From Octopus sinensis (Eukaryota), in NCBI RefSeq assembly GCF_006345805.1, contig NC_042997.1, forward strand, positions 140,430,001 through 140,494,000: a stretch of DNA of 64,000 nt. Direction: 5' to 3'. Made by a program: the position numbers and the translations under genes. Shown in pieces: positions 62,355 through 64,000 of this stretch. Numbering within the stretch: position 1 is the first letter of the stretch; each line of letters opens with the position of its first letter. Below the pieces are notes generated by a model. That model was given only the letters and a program-made list of their open reading frames with translations, did no database searches and was not told the origin of the DNA.

Positions 62355-62968
62355 TTTTTTTATTTGTTTCAGTCATTTGATTGCGGCCATGCTGGAGCAC
62401 CAACTTTAGTCCTACCAATCAAACCCTGGATTTCTTTTGTAAGCCAAGTACTTATTCTTTTCTACTCTAGGCACAAGGCCTGAAACTTGGGGGGGGGGCA
62501 GTCGATTAGATTGACCTCAGTACGCAACTGGTACTTACTTTTATGACCTTGAAAGGATGAGAGGCAAAGCTGACCTTGGCGGAATGGAATTTGAACTCAG
62601 AATATAAAGACACGACATACCGCAAAGCATTTTGCCTGGCATGCAAACGATCAGCTCGCTACCATAGCCTAGTACTTATTTTATCAGTCACTTTTGCCGA
62701 ACTGCTAAGTGATGGGAACGTAAACACACAAACATCGGTTGTCAAGCAATGGAATGGTGGTGGTGGTGGGGGACAAACACAGACACACAAACATATACAT
62801 ATATACGATGGGCTTCTTTCAGTTTCCGTCTACCAAATTCACTCACAAGGCTTTGGTCGGCCTGAGGCTATAGTAGAAGACACTTGCCCAAGGTGTCACG
62901 CAGTGGGAATGAACCTGGAACCAAGTGGTTGGGAAGCAAGCTTCTTACCACACAGCCACACCTGCACC
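62355..62968 (-). mobile_element. Family-1 SINE interrupted by a family-2 SINE (~62458-62660)
   Basis: Family-1 tail resumes after the family-2 insertion at shared AGTACTTATT-like sequence. Confidence 0.65.
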
Positions 62969-63494
62969 TATACAGATTCAAAAGATAGAATTAAAAAACA
63001 TGATACATTTTGCATGGAAATTGAAAAAGAATGTGTATATTGAGAAGTAAATGTAACAAAAATTGTTTTAGAGAGAGAAATTATTCACATAAAAATCATT
63101 CATTAACTCATTTTGAAAATGGTGAACACCTTATTATACTTTATCCTTAACTTTTACTTGTGTTAGTCATTGGGCTGTAGCCATGCTGGAGCATTGCCTT
63201 GATGGGTTCAGTTAAACAATTCAACTGAGTACTTTCTTAATCTGCTACTTATTCTTTTGAGCTCTTTTACCAAACTTCTAAGTTACAGGGAAACGAACTA
63301 ACACTGGTTGTCAAGAAGAGGTAGGGGGCATGCTCGAAATGAGGAGCAGATAGACAGCCAACAACTAATGAAAGGGTCCTTTCTCTGTGTTTACTTGTCC
63401 TGTTTCCCATTTTTCTTCTCGTATATGTATTTCACTTGTTTGTTTATGTATTTCATGTTATTTGCACAGTTGGTGATGTCCTGTAAACATATTC

Positions 63495-63957
63495 TTTTAC
63501 TTGTTTCAGTCATTTGACTGTGGCCATGCTGGAGCACAACCTTTAGTCAAGCAAATTGACCCAGGACTTATTCTTTGAAAGCCTAGTACTTATTCTGTCT
63601 GTCTCTTTTTGTTGAACTGCTAAGTTATGGGGACATAAACACACCAAGCGATGTTGTGGGGACAAACACAGACACAAACATATATATATGATGGGCTTCT
63701 TTCAGTTTCTATCTACCAAATCCACTCACAAGGCTTTGGTCGGCCCGAAGCTATAGTAGAAGACACTTGCTCAAGGTGCCACACAATGGGACTGAACCCA
63801 GGACCATGTGGTTGGGAAGCAAGCTACTTACCAACCACATGGTTCTGGGTTCAGTCCCACTGCATGGCACTTTGGGCAAGTGTCTTCTACTATAGCCTCG
63901 GGCCGACTGAAACCTTGTGAGTGGATTTGGTAGATGGAAACTGAAAGAAGCCTGTTG

Positions 63958-63988
<31 letters not shown>

Positions 63989-64000
63989 CTGTGTTTGTCC
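63495..64000. mobile_element. Head-to-head pair of family-1 SINEs
   Basis: Minus copy ~63495-63815 and plus copy 63831-64000, separated by a 15-nt spacer. Confidence 0.8.

Overview
AT-rich, microsatellite-laden animal genomic DNA, most likely octopus. That is an inference from the tRNA/CORE-like SINE families, the Penelope content and the (TACA)n/(TA)n load. No host protein-coding gene, rRNA, true tRNA or CRISPR array can be supported; nearly all listed ORFs are microsatellite or antisense noise. The first ~23 kb is a rearranged complex of inverted and direct paralogous segments. One copy carries two young insertions absent from the sister copies: a full-length Mag-type Gypsy LTR retrotransposon (238-bp LTRs that read as identical, CTGGA TSD) and a full-length R4/Dong-type RLE non-LTR retrotransposon in an (AAT)n tract. 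Several Penelope-like element (PLE) ends carry hammerhead ribozyme (HHR) motifs. Three short head-to-head fold-backs have their symmetry axis at a hammerhead core, and one PLE 3' end carries a tRNA-like Pol III head just upstream of its hammerhead. The remaining ~41 kb is a TE graveyard: a Mutator>hAT>Helitron nest, mariner and maT remnants, Merlin-like MITEs, Helitrons, RTE and Penelope fragments, and many SINEs. Coordinates were counted by hand; boundaries of decayed elements are approximate.
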